Position numbers and translations under genes: made by a program. A stretch of DNA of 64,000 nucleotides, from contig CAVTCR010000041.1 in NCBI GenBank assembly GCA_963733195.1, positions 1-64,000 of the forward strand. Reading direction: 5' to 3'. The notes below the pieces were generated by a model. It was not told where the DNA came from. It saw nothing but the letters and a program-made list of their open reading frames with translations, and ran no database searches. The stretch is from an uncultured delta proteobacterium (GTDB lineage: Bacteria; Desulfobacterota; Binatia; Bin18). This document shows, in pieces, positions 33,287 through 44,965 of the stretch. The stretch's first letter is position 1. Every line of letters begins with the position of its first letter.

Positions 33287-34372
33287 ATGGCGCACCCAAT
33301 TCCACTGCACTCCCAGCGCATTCACGTAGAAGATGATCCGGTAGAATTGATGTATGCTCGTGGTGTCACTGATGGTTTGCCGGTCGTCCCCCCCACTGAA
33401 GATCGTGTCAAACGTATGCTGGCAGCGGTCGACCGCGACCCGCAAGAAGTGCTCGGTACCGTCGGCCCCAATTATGGACGTGCGACACTTGAAAAAGTAG
33501 CGATCAATGCAGTCATGGCTGGGTGCCATCCTTCCTATTTTTCTACAGTAATCGCAGCAATCGAAGCCTTGAGCGATGAGAAATTCAATGCCCATGCGAT
33601 TAATGTCACCACCTTCTCTGCCACACCGCTGACGATCATCAACGGACCAATCCGTCAGGAAATCGGCGTTAACTGTGGCCACAATGCTCTTGGACACGGC
33701 TTTCGCGCTAATGCCACGATTGGGCGTACGGTACGCCTCGTCATCATGAACATCGGTGGTGCCAAACCTCAGGAAATTACCAAGGCAACGATGGGCCATC
33801 CAGCGCAGTTCACTTTTTGTGTTGGGGAGAATGAAGAAGAAAGTCCATGGGAGCCGCTGCATGTCGAAAAAGGATTTCGTCCTGAGCAAAGTACAGTAAC
33901 AATGTTCGGCGGTCATTCTCCGTTCCAGATCAACGACCATGCCAGCCGCTCGGCGGAACAGCTTGCACTGTCCCTCGGTTGGACAATGGCCAGCTTATGG
34001 AATCATAAAAACTTTCCGCTCTTCTCAGACTCGGTTCTGATTGTCTGCCCAGAACATGCAAAGACATTCGCTCAGGATGGGTGGTCGAAGAATGATCTGC
34101 GCCAGTTCTTATTTGAAAAGATTCGCAAGCCATTCCGCGAGGTCAAACCTGGTGTCAACGGTGGCGAAGGCGCCGGCGTCAGTATGCTCCCAGTGAAGAA
34201 CGCATCGACAGAACCACCCACTGATGACACCCTCTTCGCGAAGTTTCCCGCACTCGACAGTATTGTGATTATCGTTGCTGGTGGAACTGCAGGCCGTTTT
34301 TCTGCGGCAGTTCCAGGGTTAGCCCGCGGAGCTGCTGGTAGCCAAATTACCACCAAAGAAATCCAAGATTAA
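33287..34372 (+). CDS. conserved hypothetical partner of UGSC-type proteins
   Basis: TDGLPVVPPTEDRVKRML, KVAINAVMAGC, RANATIGR, ENEEESPW; RBS AGAGGAGG. Confidence 0.85.
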   Translation: MAHPIPLHSQRIHVEDDPVELMYARGVTDGLPVVPPTEDRVKRMLAAVDRDPQEVLGTVGPNYGRATLEKVAINAVMAGCHPSYFSTVIAAIEALSDEKFNAHAINVTTFSATPLTIINGPIRQEIGVNCGHNALGHGFRANATIGRTVRLVIMNIGGAKPQEITKATMGHPAQFTFCVGENEEESPWEPLHVEKGFRPEQSTVTMFGGHSPFQINDHASRSAEQLALSLGWTMASLWNHKNFPLFSDSVLIVCPEHAKTFAQDGWSKNDLRQFLFEKIRKPFREVKPGVNGGEGAGVSMLPVKNASTEPPTDDTLFAKFPALDSIVIIVAGGTAGRFSAAVPGLARGAAGSQITTKEIQD

Positions 34373-34391
34373 GAAAGAAGGAGGTATAGCT

Positions 34392-34937
34392 ATGAGTGAC
34401 ATCTTGCTCGACCCGACCGATAAAGTAGATCGCGGACAAAAAGCGTTCGCCCAACGGCTCGACACGCTCGATGGAAAAACCATCGGGCTGCTCGACATTA
34501 ACAAATCCAAAGGCGTTTACTTTCTCGACCGTATCGAAGAAGTGCTGCGCACGCGCTACGGCGTCAAAGAAGTACTCCGCCGGAAGAAAGTCTCACCTGG
34601 CCGTCTTGCGTCTGAGCAGATTCAGGCAGAGCTACGAGAAAAGTGCGATGCGGTGATTGAAGCCCTCAGCGATTGAGGGGGCTGCATTTCGTGCAGTTCG
34701 CACGACGTAGTCAAACTCGAAGAAAACGGTATCCCTACCGCCAACGTCGCTACCACAGAATTCATCGGTGCTGCCCACGCACAGTGTTCAGCGTTAGGCA
34801 TGTCACAATACGAACCAATTTTTGTCCCGCATCCGATTCAACCGAAAACACCAGACGAAGTCCGCGCCCTTGCCGACCAAGTTGTCGAGCAAGTGGTTGC
34901 TAAGCTGTTGAAACAAAAAGTGCAGCAGGCGGCGTAG
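34392..34937 (+). CDS. UGSC-family selenoprotein (Sec at TGA 34674-34676)
   Basis: in-frame readthrough EALSD-U-GGCISCSSHD...VPHP; ORF continues 86 codons to TAG. Confidence 0.88.
34681..34711 (+). promoter_or_regulatory. candidate bacterial SECIS element
   Basis: GCTGC-ATT-TCGTGC-AGTTC-GCACGA-C-GTAGT; loop 18 nt after the UGA with G at loop position 2. Confidence 0.65.
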
Positions 34938-34944
34938 TAGCTAT

Positions 34945-34972
34945 AGGGCGCAGCATGCTGCGCCCTTCTTTT
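34945..34972 (+). terminator. perfect palindrome/terminator (REP-like)
   Basis: AGGGCGCAGCATGCTGCGCCCT followed by TCTTTT. Confidence 0.65.
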
Positions 34973-35052
34973 CTAAGATTCCCTTCATCTGCCCACTTGC
35001 TTCAAGAGATGGTTTCCTCTATCCCGAAACTATCTGTATGGAGGAAAGAGCG

Positions 35053-35295
35053 ATGGACGCGCAGAGCTATGAGGAACTGATTATCCACGGGATTAAAGGG
35101 TTACCAACCGAGACTCTCACTGAAATCGTCGACTTTATCTATTTCGCACGTCAACGAGCACTCCAGCCACAGATTTTTGCAGAGGAACGCCAACTCGCTC
35201 TCCTGGGACAAGAATTGAAGCAATTGAGTCGTGATGAAGAAGCCCACTTAGAGCAAGAATTCGCCGACTATGAGCAGCGCTATCCCCGCGAATGA
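35053..35295 (+). CDS. putative antitoxin
   Basis: LPTETLTEIVDFIYF; overlaps the downstream PIN gene. Confidence 0.7.
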   Translation: MDAQSYEELIIHGIKGLPTETLTEIVDFIYFARQRALQPQIFAEERQLALLGQELKQLSRDEEAHLEQEFADYEQRYPRE

Positions 35296-35677
35296 ATTCG
35301 TTACCGACACCATAGGACTGGTCTTACGCCTTGAACAACGTCGCACGGGACGGACCGCGAGGGCGACGTTTGAGGCGATGGAGAGTGGAACTACTGTCAT
35401 TCATGTTCCAGCTTTAGTGTTTGCAGAAATTCTGTACCTTTCTGAAAAGCGAAGAATCAGCATTTCAGTCCATTCGGTAATGGACTACCTGACACGGTTT
35501 CCGAATTGTCGAGAATCGTCCCTGAATCTTGCTGTCATCCAGTCAGCAGCCGAGATCACCGACATTCCAGAACTCCACGACCGCTTGATTGCGGGCACAG
35601 CACGCACTCTTAATCTACCCTTGATTACCAATGATCCGGTCATTCAGGCTTCTACCCTCGTAAGAACATTGTGGTAG
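35270..35677 (+). CDS. VapC/PIN toxin
   Basis: FVTDT, VFAEILYL, ELHDRLIAGTA, LITND. Confidence 0.88.
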   Translation: MSSAIPANEFVTDTIGLVLRLEQRRTGRTARATFEAMESGTTVIHVPALVFAEILYLSEKRRISISVHSVMDYLTRFPNCRESSLNLAVIQSAAEITDIPELHDRLIAGTARTLNLPLITNDPVIQASTLVRTLW

Positions 35678-35707
35678 AAAGCTGTTACTTCTATCGACTT
35701 GAGAACT

Positions 35708-35728
35708 GGTGCGCACAGCGCACCCTAC
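35708..35728. repeat. REP-like palindrome (CTAC end)
   Basis: GGTGCGCACAGCGCACCCTAC. Confidence 0.65.
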
Positions 35729-35743
35729 AGAAAAGGGGAATGT

Positions 35744-36709
35744 ATGCCTAAGACTCGCGTCGCCGTTCTGGATGATTACCAAGATGTGGCACTGCAAATG
35801 ACTGACTGGAGCCCTGTTGCTTTAGATACCGAAGTAACGGTTTTCAAAGATCACTTATTCGACCAGGATGCAATCGTCGAACGTCTCAAGGATTTTCCGA
35901 TTGTCGTGGCGATGCGCGAGCGGACACCATTCCCACCTCCCCTTTTGGAGCGGCTACCGAAATTGAAACTGCTCGTCACGACCGGCATGCGGAATGCTGC
36001 TATTGACGTCGCTGCGGCAACAACCCTTGGTATTACGGTGTGTGGTTCTGGCGGTGTAGTGTATCCGACCGCGGAACTCACATGGGGCCTGATTCTCGCG
36101 TTGCTCCGCCATATACCGCGTGAAGATAAGGCCGTGCGGGACGGACAATGGCAAGTCAGTATGGGTCTTGGGGTCAATGGCAAGACACTCGGAGTTATCG
36201 GGCTTGGCAATCTCGGTTCACAAGTTGCGACGATTGGTAAAGCCTTTCAGATGAACGTGCTGGCGTGGAGTCAGAATCTGACCGCTGAACGTGCAGCGCA
36301 AGTCGGGGCCGAGATAGTCACCAAGGATGAACTATTGCAACGCTCTGACATTGTGACCATTCATCTCGTGCTAAGCGATCGCACTCGCAACCTACTGAGC
36401 GCACGTGAACTCGGATTGATGAAATCCACAGCGTATCTCATCAACACCTCACGTGGCCCGATCGTCGAAGAAAAGGCGCTGATTGAAGCGTTGCAGAAGA
36501 GAACCATTGCCGGAGCGGGCTTGGATGTGTTCGACCTGGAACCCTTGTCACTTGATCATCCGTTACGACATTTAGAAAATACGGTCATCACACCGCATAT
36601 CGGTTATGTCACACAAGAAACGTACGAGATCTTCTTTCGCCATATTGTCGAGAACATTCGTGCGTTTCTCGATGGAAAACCCGTTAGGGTAATGACGGCA
36701 TCACGGTGA
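35744..36709 (+). CDS. D-2-hydroxyacid dehydrogenase family protein
   Basis: AMRERT, GVIGLGNLG, INTSRGPIV, LDVFDLEP, TPHIGY. Confidence 0.95.
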   Translation: MPKTRVAVLDDYQDVALQMTDWSPVALDTEVTVFKDHLFDQDAIVERLKDFPIVVAMRERTPFPPPLLERLPKLKLLVTTGMRNAAIDVAAATTLGITVCGSGGVVYPTAELTWGLILALLRHIPREDKAVRDGQWQVSMGLGVNGKTLGVIGLGNLGSQVATIGKAFQMNVLAWSQNLTAERAAQVGAEIVTKDELLQRSDIVTIHLVLSDRTRNLLSARELGLMKSTAYLINTSRGPIVEEKALIEALQKRTIAGAGLDVFDLEPLSLDHPLRHLENTVITPHIGYVTQETYEIFFRHIVENIRAFLDGKPVRVMTASR

Positions 36710-36716
36710 AACTGTC

Positions 36717-36795
36717 TGGATTCTCGCTCCCCAGTGGGGCGGTAGAACCTGGACAGGTCCCAGTAGAACTTGGGACAGGCTGCGCGGGAATGACA
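36717..36795. repeat. REP-like element with an internal direct repeat
   Basis: TGGATTCTCGC...GCGGGAATGACA; GTAGAAC(C/TT)GGACAGG twice in the loop. Confidence 0.55.
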
Positions 36796-36869
36796 CCAGG
36801 CGATTTTTCACATGTTGACTCACAACTCACCTACTTGTCCGCGCTCCTGCTTTCTTTTATCCCAACAAC

Positions 36870-37661
36870 ATGACGCAAACATCTCATCCCCAATTCGCCC
36901 GTCTCATCGAAATCATGGCCACACTGCGCAGCACCAACGGCTGCCCGTGGGATCGCGAACAGACACCCGATTCTCTCAAGCCATATCTCGTCGAGGAAAC
37001 CTATGAAGTACTTGAAGCTCTCGAAGCTCGTGATCTACCTGCATTCAAAGAAGAGCTGGGTGACTTACTGTTACAAATTGTCTTTCACGCTCAACTGATG
37101 TCTGAGAAAGGCGTCTTCACCATCGATGATGTGGCACAGGCAATTGCCGATAAGCTCGTACGCCGCCATCCTCATGTATTCGGTGATGCCAAAGTCAAAG
37201 ATGCTGATGAAGTTGCGCAGAATTGGACCAGGATCAAAGCCCAAGAAAAGGAAGGAAAGGCAGATCGCTCGGTATTGGCAGGAGTCCCTGCGGGTGCACC
37301 AGCGTTGATCCAAGCCCAGCGTCTGGGCGAAAAAGCAGCGCGCGTGGGATTCGATTGGACCTCAGCCACGGAGGTACTCAAGAAGGTCGAAGAAGAAACA
37401 GAAGAATTAGCAGCCACTCTGTCAGACCGTACGACAGAGCAGCAAGAACACGAGCTGGGAGACCTTCTCTTTGCCCTCACCAGTCTCGCTCGACATCTCA
37501 ATATCGACTCTGAGACTGCGCTGCGCAAAGCGGGAAAACGTTTCAATGCTCGGTTTCGTTATATCGAGACACATCTAGAACAGAACGGCGAAGACATTCA
37601 CGAGACCTCACCTGTTCGCTTGGAGGAATTGTGGCAAACGGCGAAGCAGACGATCGGGTAA
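36870..37661 (+). CDS. mazG: nucleoside triphosphate pyrophosphohydrolase
   Basis: GCPWDREQT, EELGDLLLQIVFH, KLVRRHPHVF. Confidence 0.97.
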   Translation: MTQTSHPQFARLIEIMATLRSTNGCPWDREQTPDSLKPYLVEETYEVLEALEARDLPAFKEELGDLLLQIVFHAQLMSEKGVFTIDDVAQAIADKLVRRHPHVFGDAKVKDADEVAQNWTRIKAQEKEGKADRSVLAGVPAGAPALIQAQRLGEKAARVGFDWTSATEVLKKVEEETEELAATLSDRTTEQQEHELGDLLFALTSLARHLNIDSETALRKAGKRFNARFRYIETHLEQNGEDIHETSPVRLEELWQTAKQTIG

Positions 37662-39308
37662 CATTCTCACTAGCGCAGCAAATTCAGTCTTGCCCCCCCA
37701 CCAGGCGACCAGGATAAAACTGCCTATGCCTGCCACAATAGCTGATACGAGTACCCCAACATGGAACAGATACGGCACGCTACGATCAAGCCAGTCAATC
37801 TGATGCTCAATCCACCACACAGGTGCGATCATAAACACAGCCCCAAGTGCACTCCAGGCAAGGGAGTTCAACCAGGCTCTCCACGGAAATCCCCCTAAAC
37901 GACGAAGGAGGATCGCGCCCAACAGCAAAACATTGACGGTGGCAGATAACGACGCAGCCAACGCAAGACCTCCCGCCTCCAAGTGTCCAATCGTGATATG
38001 CGCACTCAGAGCGGCGAGAAACTGTACTAATCTTCCTGAATTTTCCTCTGCGACTATGTGCCCCATAAACATGACACCAAAGAACACGCTCGCCAGAAAA
38101 GCCAGAATCGCCGCTATTAATGGTGAGCGCGTGTCTTGCAGCGCGTAGAGACATGACGTCAACAACCGCGCAGCTGCCACCGACCACAACCCCAGCACCA
38201 TCCAACGCAACGCTTGCGCTGCATCTTTTACCGCCTCTGCCCCAAACGCGCCGTGAAAGAACAGAACCGCGCAGATGGGAAGGGAAAGCACGGTCATCCC
38301 CACCGTGGCAGGGAGTACCACGAAGTTGACTAAGCGCAGGGCAAATCCCAAGCTCTCACTGACTCCGGCCAGGTCACCGCGCTGAGCTTGCACGGTCAAA
38401 CTCGGTAATGCGGCAGAGCTCAACGCCAGTACAAAGATTCCCTGCGGGAATTCGAATACGCGGGTGGCATACCACAGTGAGGACACGCTGCCTTCACTTA
38501 ACAAAGACGCCAACAGATTCTTGACTATCAAACTGATCTGATAGAGGAGGGAGCTGAATAAGACTGGAACAAGCAGTACGCCAATCTGGCGGATCGCAGG
38601 ATGTCGCGGATTCCAATGCGGAGGCACCAATACGCCCAAGTTCCGCAGTGCTGGTACTTGCCATAACAGTTGAGCAAGCCCACCAATTACAACTGCTGCA
38701 GCTAAGACGAAGATCGGAGTTCCTATTTCCTCAACAGCAAACCACCCAACAAAGAGCGTGGCCGTGATCATGGCAATGTTCAAAAGGATCGGCGCAAACG
38801 CCGGCGCAGCAAAATGGCGGAACGCATGTAAGATTCCCATCGCTATAGCCGAAAGACCGACAAAAAATAGGTAGGGAAACATGATACGCAACTGACTCGC
38901 AGTGAGGGTCAGTTTTTCAGGAGAAAATCCTGGGACAAGGAGTGAAGCGATAGGGACCGCCCACAAGACTCCGGCAGCCGACAGTACAAAAAGCAGGAAC
39001 ATTCCTACGCCAAGCAGGGACCGAATCATCCCGATCGTTTCGTTCGAGGTGCGGCGTTCCCGATATTCCGTAATGACTGGTACCAGGGCGGCTGCAGAAG
39101 CTCCTTCTCCTACTATTCGACGCAGCATGTTAGGAATGCGGAAGGCGGTAAAAAAGGTATCCGTAACGGATCCGGCACCAAATACCGCGCCGATGGCAAT
39201 ATCACGGAAAAGCCCGGTTATACGGCTAAGCAGGGTATAGAATCCAATTTGTCCAGCGGCTTTGACAATCTGTCGCTCTTCGGTGGTAGTGGAAGCAGGT
39301 GCCGACAT
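37608..39308 (-). CDS. murJ: lipid II flippase
   Basis: SRITGLFRD, FRIPNMLRRIVGEG, RVFEFPQG; multi-TM. Confidence 0.96.
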   Translation of the reverse strand: MSAPASTTTEERQIVKAAGQIGFYTLLSRITGLFRDIAIGAVFGAGSVTDTFFTAFRIPNMLRRIVGEGASAAALVPVITEYRERRTSNETIGMIRSLLGVGMFLLFVLSAAGVLWAVPIASLLVPGFSPEKLTLTASQLRIMFPYLFFVGLSAIAMGILHAFRHFAAPAFAPILLNIAMITATLFVGWFAVEEIGTPIFVLAAAVVIGGLAQLLWQVPALRNLGVLVPPHWNPRHPAIRQIGVLLVPVLFSSLLYQISLIVKNLLASLLSEGSVSSLWYATRVFEFPQGIFVLALSSAALPSLTVQAQRGDLAGVSESLGFALRLVNFVVLPATVGMTVLSLPICAVLFFHGAFGAEAVKDAAQALRWMVLGLWSVAAARLLTSCLYALQDTRSPLIAAILAFLASVFFGVMFMGHIVAEENSGRLVQFLAALSAHITIGHLEAGGLALAASLSATVNVLLLGAILLRRLGGFPWRAWLNSLAWSALGAVFMIAPVWWIEHQIDWLDRSVPYLFHVGVLVSAIVAGIGSFILVAWWGGKTEFAALVRMLPDRLLRRLPQFLQANR

Positions 39309-39379
39309 TGATTGAAGAGTATCCTCGTGCTAGGGTTCGCGGGCGTATTCGCTAGGGATCGAGAAAGGAGTATGAAAGA

Positions 39380-39670
39380 GTGGCTTCGTCAGAAGAAAAA
39401 CGTCATCGTCAAAGTCTCAAACGGCAAGCTCGCAACCAAGCAACGAAATCTCGAGTCAAAACCTTGATCAAGAAAGTTATTGCGGCCGCGGCTGGCACCG
39501 ACACGAAAATTACGGAGGAACAGCTTCGTGTTGCCGTGAGTGCTATCCACAAAGCAGGACGGAAAAGAGTGCTCCACCCGAACACAGCGGCTCGGCGAGT
39601 TGCTCGACTGTCTCGCCTGGTTCATCGCAGTAAGAACGCAGCCCAATCCTCAACAACACCCAATTCCTAA
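39380..39670 (+). CDS. rpsT: 30S ribosomal protein S20
   Basis: KRHRQSLKRQARNQATKS, LHPNTAARRVARL. Confidence 0.97.
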   Translation: MASSEEKRHRQSLKRQARNQATKSRVKTLIKKVIAAAAGTDTKITEEQLRVAVSAIHKAGRKRVLHPNTAARRVARLSRLVHRSKNAAQSSTTPNS

Positions 39671-39766
39671 ATAGACTTCAGAAGATTGGCCAGCAGAATT
39701 TGTCACCCTGAGTGAACGAAGGGTCTCTCAGAGAGATTCTTCGCTGCGCTGCTCAGAAACAAAATC

Positions 39767-41146
39767 TTAGGCAGCGACCGGCTGGGGGAGGAGCGTGAAG
39801 CCCAGTCGAGTGGCGGTGCGCTTGAGGTGACGAATGGCTCGTTGGCGGAGGTGCTGTTCATAGGTCTCCTGACTCTGGGGTTGATAGGGAGTGCGATGTT
39901 TGAGGACATGATAGAGAATACGCGCCAACTTGTGCGCGGTGGCGGTGATCGCGTGCGTAGGCCCTTTGCGGGCTCGCAGGCGGCGATAATAACTGCCCAA
40001 GGCTGTCTGGGTGCGCCCCAGCGTCTGCGCCGCCAAGCGCAACGCTTGGGCTGCGCGGCGGTTGCCTTTGAGGGGTTTGCTGCGCAACACCTTGCCCCCC
40101 GAGATGTCATTATGGGGAGCCAAGCCCAACCAGGAGGCGAAGTGCTTCTCGGTGGGCCACTTACTCATATCGGTGCCGATTTCCGCCACGAGCACTTGCG
40201 CACTGCTGGCCTCCAGCCCGTCGGTGGCCGTCAGATCGATGCCCAGAATCCGATACAAGCAGGCGCGCACGTCAAAGGCCGGGGCGTTCTTGGCATGGGA
40301 GTTGGGCTTGGGATCAGGCCCCAAGGGCGGCGGTGGGCGTCTGCTCATCATAGGTGGGCTTGAGGGCGGCATAGTGCTGCTCAAGGTAGGTGTCGCATTC
40401 CTGCACTTGCGCGGTGTAGAAGTCATAGAAGGCCAGCGCCTGCTTGAGCGCAAAGACGTGTTCGGGGCGGTAGTGGCCACTCAGCGCCTTGGCAATCTCG
40501 GCCTCACTGCGCTGGCAGCGCCGTGGCGCAGGCGGGCCAAGACCTGCGGGTCGCGCTCGCCCGGCGACAATGGCCCGGATGATCTGCAAGCCCGTCGTGC
40601 CGGTAATATCACTCAACGACCTGCGTCAATTGGAGGTTCATCTGCTGCAAGGCTTTCTGCATGTGCTGGATATGCCCAGCCCGATGCTCGACCAGCATCG
40701 CCCGCTGGCGCAAATAGGTGCGCAACACCCGCATGTCTTCGGCCGGGCGAAAGGAGGCCGTGAGCAGCCCATAGCTATGCAACTGCTGAATCCACTGACA
40801 ATCTTGCACGTCGCTCTTGCGCCCGGGGACGTGCTTGAGATGGCGGGCATTGACCAGATAGACCTCCAGGCCGCGTGCCTCCAACATCTCATAGATCGGA
40901 ATCCAATACACCCCGGTCGATTCCATCGCCACGCGTCGTCACCTGACACTGCACCAACCAGTCCGCCAAGGCGTGCAAGTCGGGCGTGAAGGTGCCAAAG
41001 GCCCGCACCGGCTGCGCGTCGCGCTCGGCGGGCACGCAGGCCCAAATCTCTCGGCCCCAATGTCCAACCCCGCTGCCGCCGGCATTGTGCCGCCTCAGCT
41101 TGGGAGCCACGGCGGCTCTGGGAGACCGTCGATTCGGTCTGCGCAT
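39767..41146 (-). CDS. IS110 family transposase (several frameshifts)
   Basis: AMESTGVYWIP, RKSDVQDCQW, FASWLGLAPHNDISGGK, AHKLARILY. Confidence 0.92.
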
Positions 41147-41149
41147 GGC

Positions 41150-41400
41150 GAATGCCCTCCTTCTCTCTGGCTCTCATCGCCCAGACCTGGACCCCTCGAT
41201 TCGTACTTACGCTGCTCAGCGGGGTCGGGGCTTGGTGCACCCCACGCCACCATTCTTTGCTCCATCGGGGTCCAGAACCAGACTCAGCAAGCGGGCTCCT
41301 GCAGCACCATTCGAAACGCCGGTCTTAGCTTGTCTGGGCATGGCCGGGAGATTAGCACTTCCCCGTTTCTGCCTCCACGCTTAGCGCCGCGTGCTATGGG
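41150..41400 (-). ncRNA. candidate bridge RNA in the IS110 left end
   Basis: non-coding left end; contains CGCTGCTCAG (41210-41219), identical to the far junction (39747-39756). Confidence 0.55.
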
Positions 41401-41533
41401 GAACTCAGAATGACAGCCCGAAGAGGCAGAGCGTAAAGTGTAAGAATGTCATGGGGTTCGATTTGATAGAATAAGGGTTGAAAGTGAGGAGCCGTAGAAA
41501 AACTACCTCCCAACCTCTCATTCCCGACCTTCC

Positions 41534-42237
<704 letters not shown>

Positions 42238-42245
42238 GACTTCTC

Positions 42246-44965
42246 CTATGCAACGACAAAGTTGACGAGCCGCCCTGGAACCACGACTTCCCGGCGAATA
42301 GTTTTCCCACTGAGATAGGATTGTACTTTCTCGTGTGTCCGCGCAATGCTCAAGATCGCGGCTTGATCAGCATTAGCATCCACTTCGATCGTTGCCCGCA
42401 ACTTGCCGTTGACCTGCACAGGCACCGTCACGGTTGCGTCTCGTACAAGTTCAGGATCATACGTCGGCCAGGCTTCGTAGGCTAACGTCTTGACATGGCC
42501 GAGTCGTTGCCACAATTCTTCCGCTAGGTGCGGAGCAAACGGCGATAAGAGCAGGACAAATCCTTCAACGAGTGCACGTGGCAAGCGTTCAGCTTTATGC
42601 CCTTCGTTCGTGAACTCCATCAACGCACTCAGAGCCGTGTTAAACCGCATTCCCTCAAGATCTTCGGTCACTTTCTTTACTCGTCTTGTGATACTCGACG
42701 GGTAAGGCTGTCCTGGGGATCGGGCGAAGCCTGAACGATTTGCGTTCGTAGTTCTCCGCTGTCACTCACTATAAGCGACCATACTCGCGACAAAAAGCGC
42801 GACAACTCCCGCTACGGATCGCGTGTTCCACGGCTTCACCTGTTCCAGCGGTCCCATGAACATCTCGTAGCAGCGCAATGCATCAGTCCCGTACTCAGCA
42901 ATGACGGAGTCAGGATTCACTACATTGCCTCGCGACTTCGACATTTTGTCTTGTTGCGGCTCGAGCTCCAATTCAGGCTCTTCTGGATGGTAAGGTTTCT
43001 CATCATGCCATACGACTTTATCAACCGGCACATAGCGCACCGTCAATGTCACAGATTGGTTACCTGCTAGGACATAGTCCGGCTCTTCACTTCCGTCTTG
43101 CGTGGTCCGCTGCACAGCATGATACGAATATCGCTTTCCTGTCGCGTCTTCGTAATAGCGATAGCTGAAGCCCAGAATCATGCCTTGATTCACCAGCCTC
43201 TGAAACGGCTCTGACGTAGACACGAGGCCACAGTCGTACAGCACTTGGTGCCAAAACCGCGAATACAACAAGTGCAGAACCGCGTGTTCTACCCCGCCGA
43301 CGTAGAGGTCGACCGGCATCCAATAGCGTTCTTTCTCGGAGTCCCACGGATGCTGCGCGTTATGCGGATCGATGAAGCGCAAGAAATACCAACAACTCCC
43401 GGCCCACTGTGGCATGGTGTTGGTCTCGCGTTTAGCGGGTTTGCCAGTCTTGGCGTCAGTAGTCTCGACCCACTGTTTTACGGCCGCCAGTGGTGGGTCG
43501 CCAGTGCCGGTTGGCTTAAAGCTTTCCACGTCCGGCAACAACACAGGTAAATCATTAGGATTAAGAGGTTGAGGTTGTCCATCAACATGAATCACCGGAA
43601 AGGGCTCACCCCAATACCGCTGCCGACTAAAGAGCCAGTCGCGTAACTTGTAGGTAACTGTCCCTTCTCCGTACTGATGCTCGGTGAGCCATGCATTCAT
43701 CTTCTTTTTCGCATCAGCGACATTCAATCCATTCAAAAACCCAGAGTTCACATGCGGTCCATCACCAACGTAGGCTTCTTTGTTGATATCTCCACCTTGC
43801 ACGACTTCGATAATCGGGAGGTTAAAACGGCGAGCGAACTCCCAATCACGTTGGTCTCCACCTGGCACAGCCATGATCGCGCCAGTGCCATAGGTAATCA
43901 GCACATAGTCTGCAACCCAAATCGGGATTGGCATGCCAGTGACCGGATTGAGCGCAAACCCACCAGTGTCCACTCCGGTTTTTTCTTTCACCAAATCTGT
44001 ACGAGCGAGGTCGGACTTCCGCGAGGCTTCTTGGCGATAGGCTTCGACTGCCGAGCGCTGCGCTGCCGAAGTCACGCGATCAACCAACGGATGCTCAGGA
44101 GCGAGTACGCAATACGTCGCACCAAACAAAGTATCAGGACGCGTGGTAAACACATCAAAATACGCATCAGCCTCGGCCAACAGCAGTCCCGTCAGTACGA
44201 CACAGACGGAAAACGAATACGTGCACCTTCACTGCGACCGATCCAGTTGCGCTGCATTTCTTTGACGTTTTCCGGCCAATCAACCGCATCGAGTCCAGCT
44301 AACAAGCGCTCGGCATAAGTCGTGATCCGTAACATCCACTGACGCATCGGACTGCGAATCACTTCGTGTCCACCACGTTCGCTTTTGCCGTCAATCACTT
44401 CTTCATTGGCGAGGACCGTCCCAAGCGCAGGGCACCAGTTCACCGGCACATCAGCCATGTAGGCGAGACCACGCTCGTAGAGTTTGAGAAAGATCCACTG
44501 TGTCCATTGGTAATACTCAGGATCACAGGTAGAGATCTCGCGATCCCAGTCATAAGAAAACCCGAGCGCCTGAATTTGCTGCCGAAAGGTGTTGATATTC
44601 CGGGCCGTCGTCTCCCGCGGATGCGTTCCGGTTTCGATGGCATACTGTTCCGCTGGCAAACCAAAGGCATCCCAGCCCATCGGGTGCAAGACATTAAATC
44701 CGCGCATGCGCTTGTAGCGAGCGAGAATGTCGGTCGCAGTGTATCCCTCCGGGTGACCAACATGCAGTCCGGCGCCACTCGGATACGGAAACATGTCGAG
44801 GATGTAGTATTTTGGTTTTGTGGGGTCCTCAACGACGCGGAAAGTTTTGTTTTCTAACCAATAGCGTTGCCACTTCGGCTCTAGTTCTTGTGGCCGATAG
44901 CGTACCCGCTCTGGGCTCGGTTTCGCCTCGTACTCGGAGGTATCAGGTTTATTCGCTTGACTCAT
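42246..44965 (-). CDS. leuS: leucyl-tRNA synthetase (frameshifts near 44190 and 42680-42800)
   Basis: [38 protein letters not shown]. Confidence 0.97.

Larger units (their letters stand above)
39751..41405 (-). mobile_element. IS110 family element (long left end)
   Basis: 2-bp core CT at both junctions (39749-50, 41404-05); no TIRs; ~260 bp non-coding left end. Confidence 0.85.
39701..41415. repeat. REP-like palindrome TGTCACCCTGAG...CTCAGAATGACA split by IS110
   Basis: left part 39701-39750, remainder CAGAATGACA 41406-41415. Confidence 0.8.

Noticed and set aside
33269-33940. Long antisense ORFs (also 9610..10374, 40011..40763, 43677..44318)
   Set aside because: Shadows of real genes on the opposite strand; no motifs.
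34679-34699. Alternative hairpin GGGCTGCA-TTTCG-TGCAGTTC as the SECIS
   Set aside because: Loop too close to the UGA; the 34681-34711 fold fits bacterial SECIS spacing better.
26534-35677. Two PIN toxin-antitoxin pairs
   Set aside because: Ordinary VapBC-like modules.
37608-37661. Convergent mazG/murJ overlap
   Set aside because: Short 3' overlaps are common; no sign of a special function.
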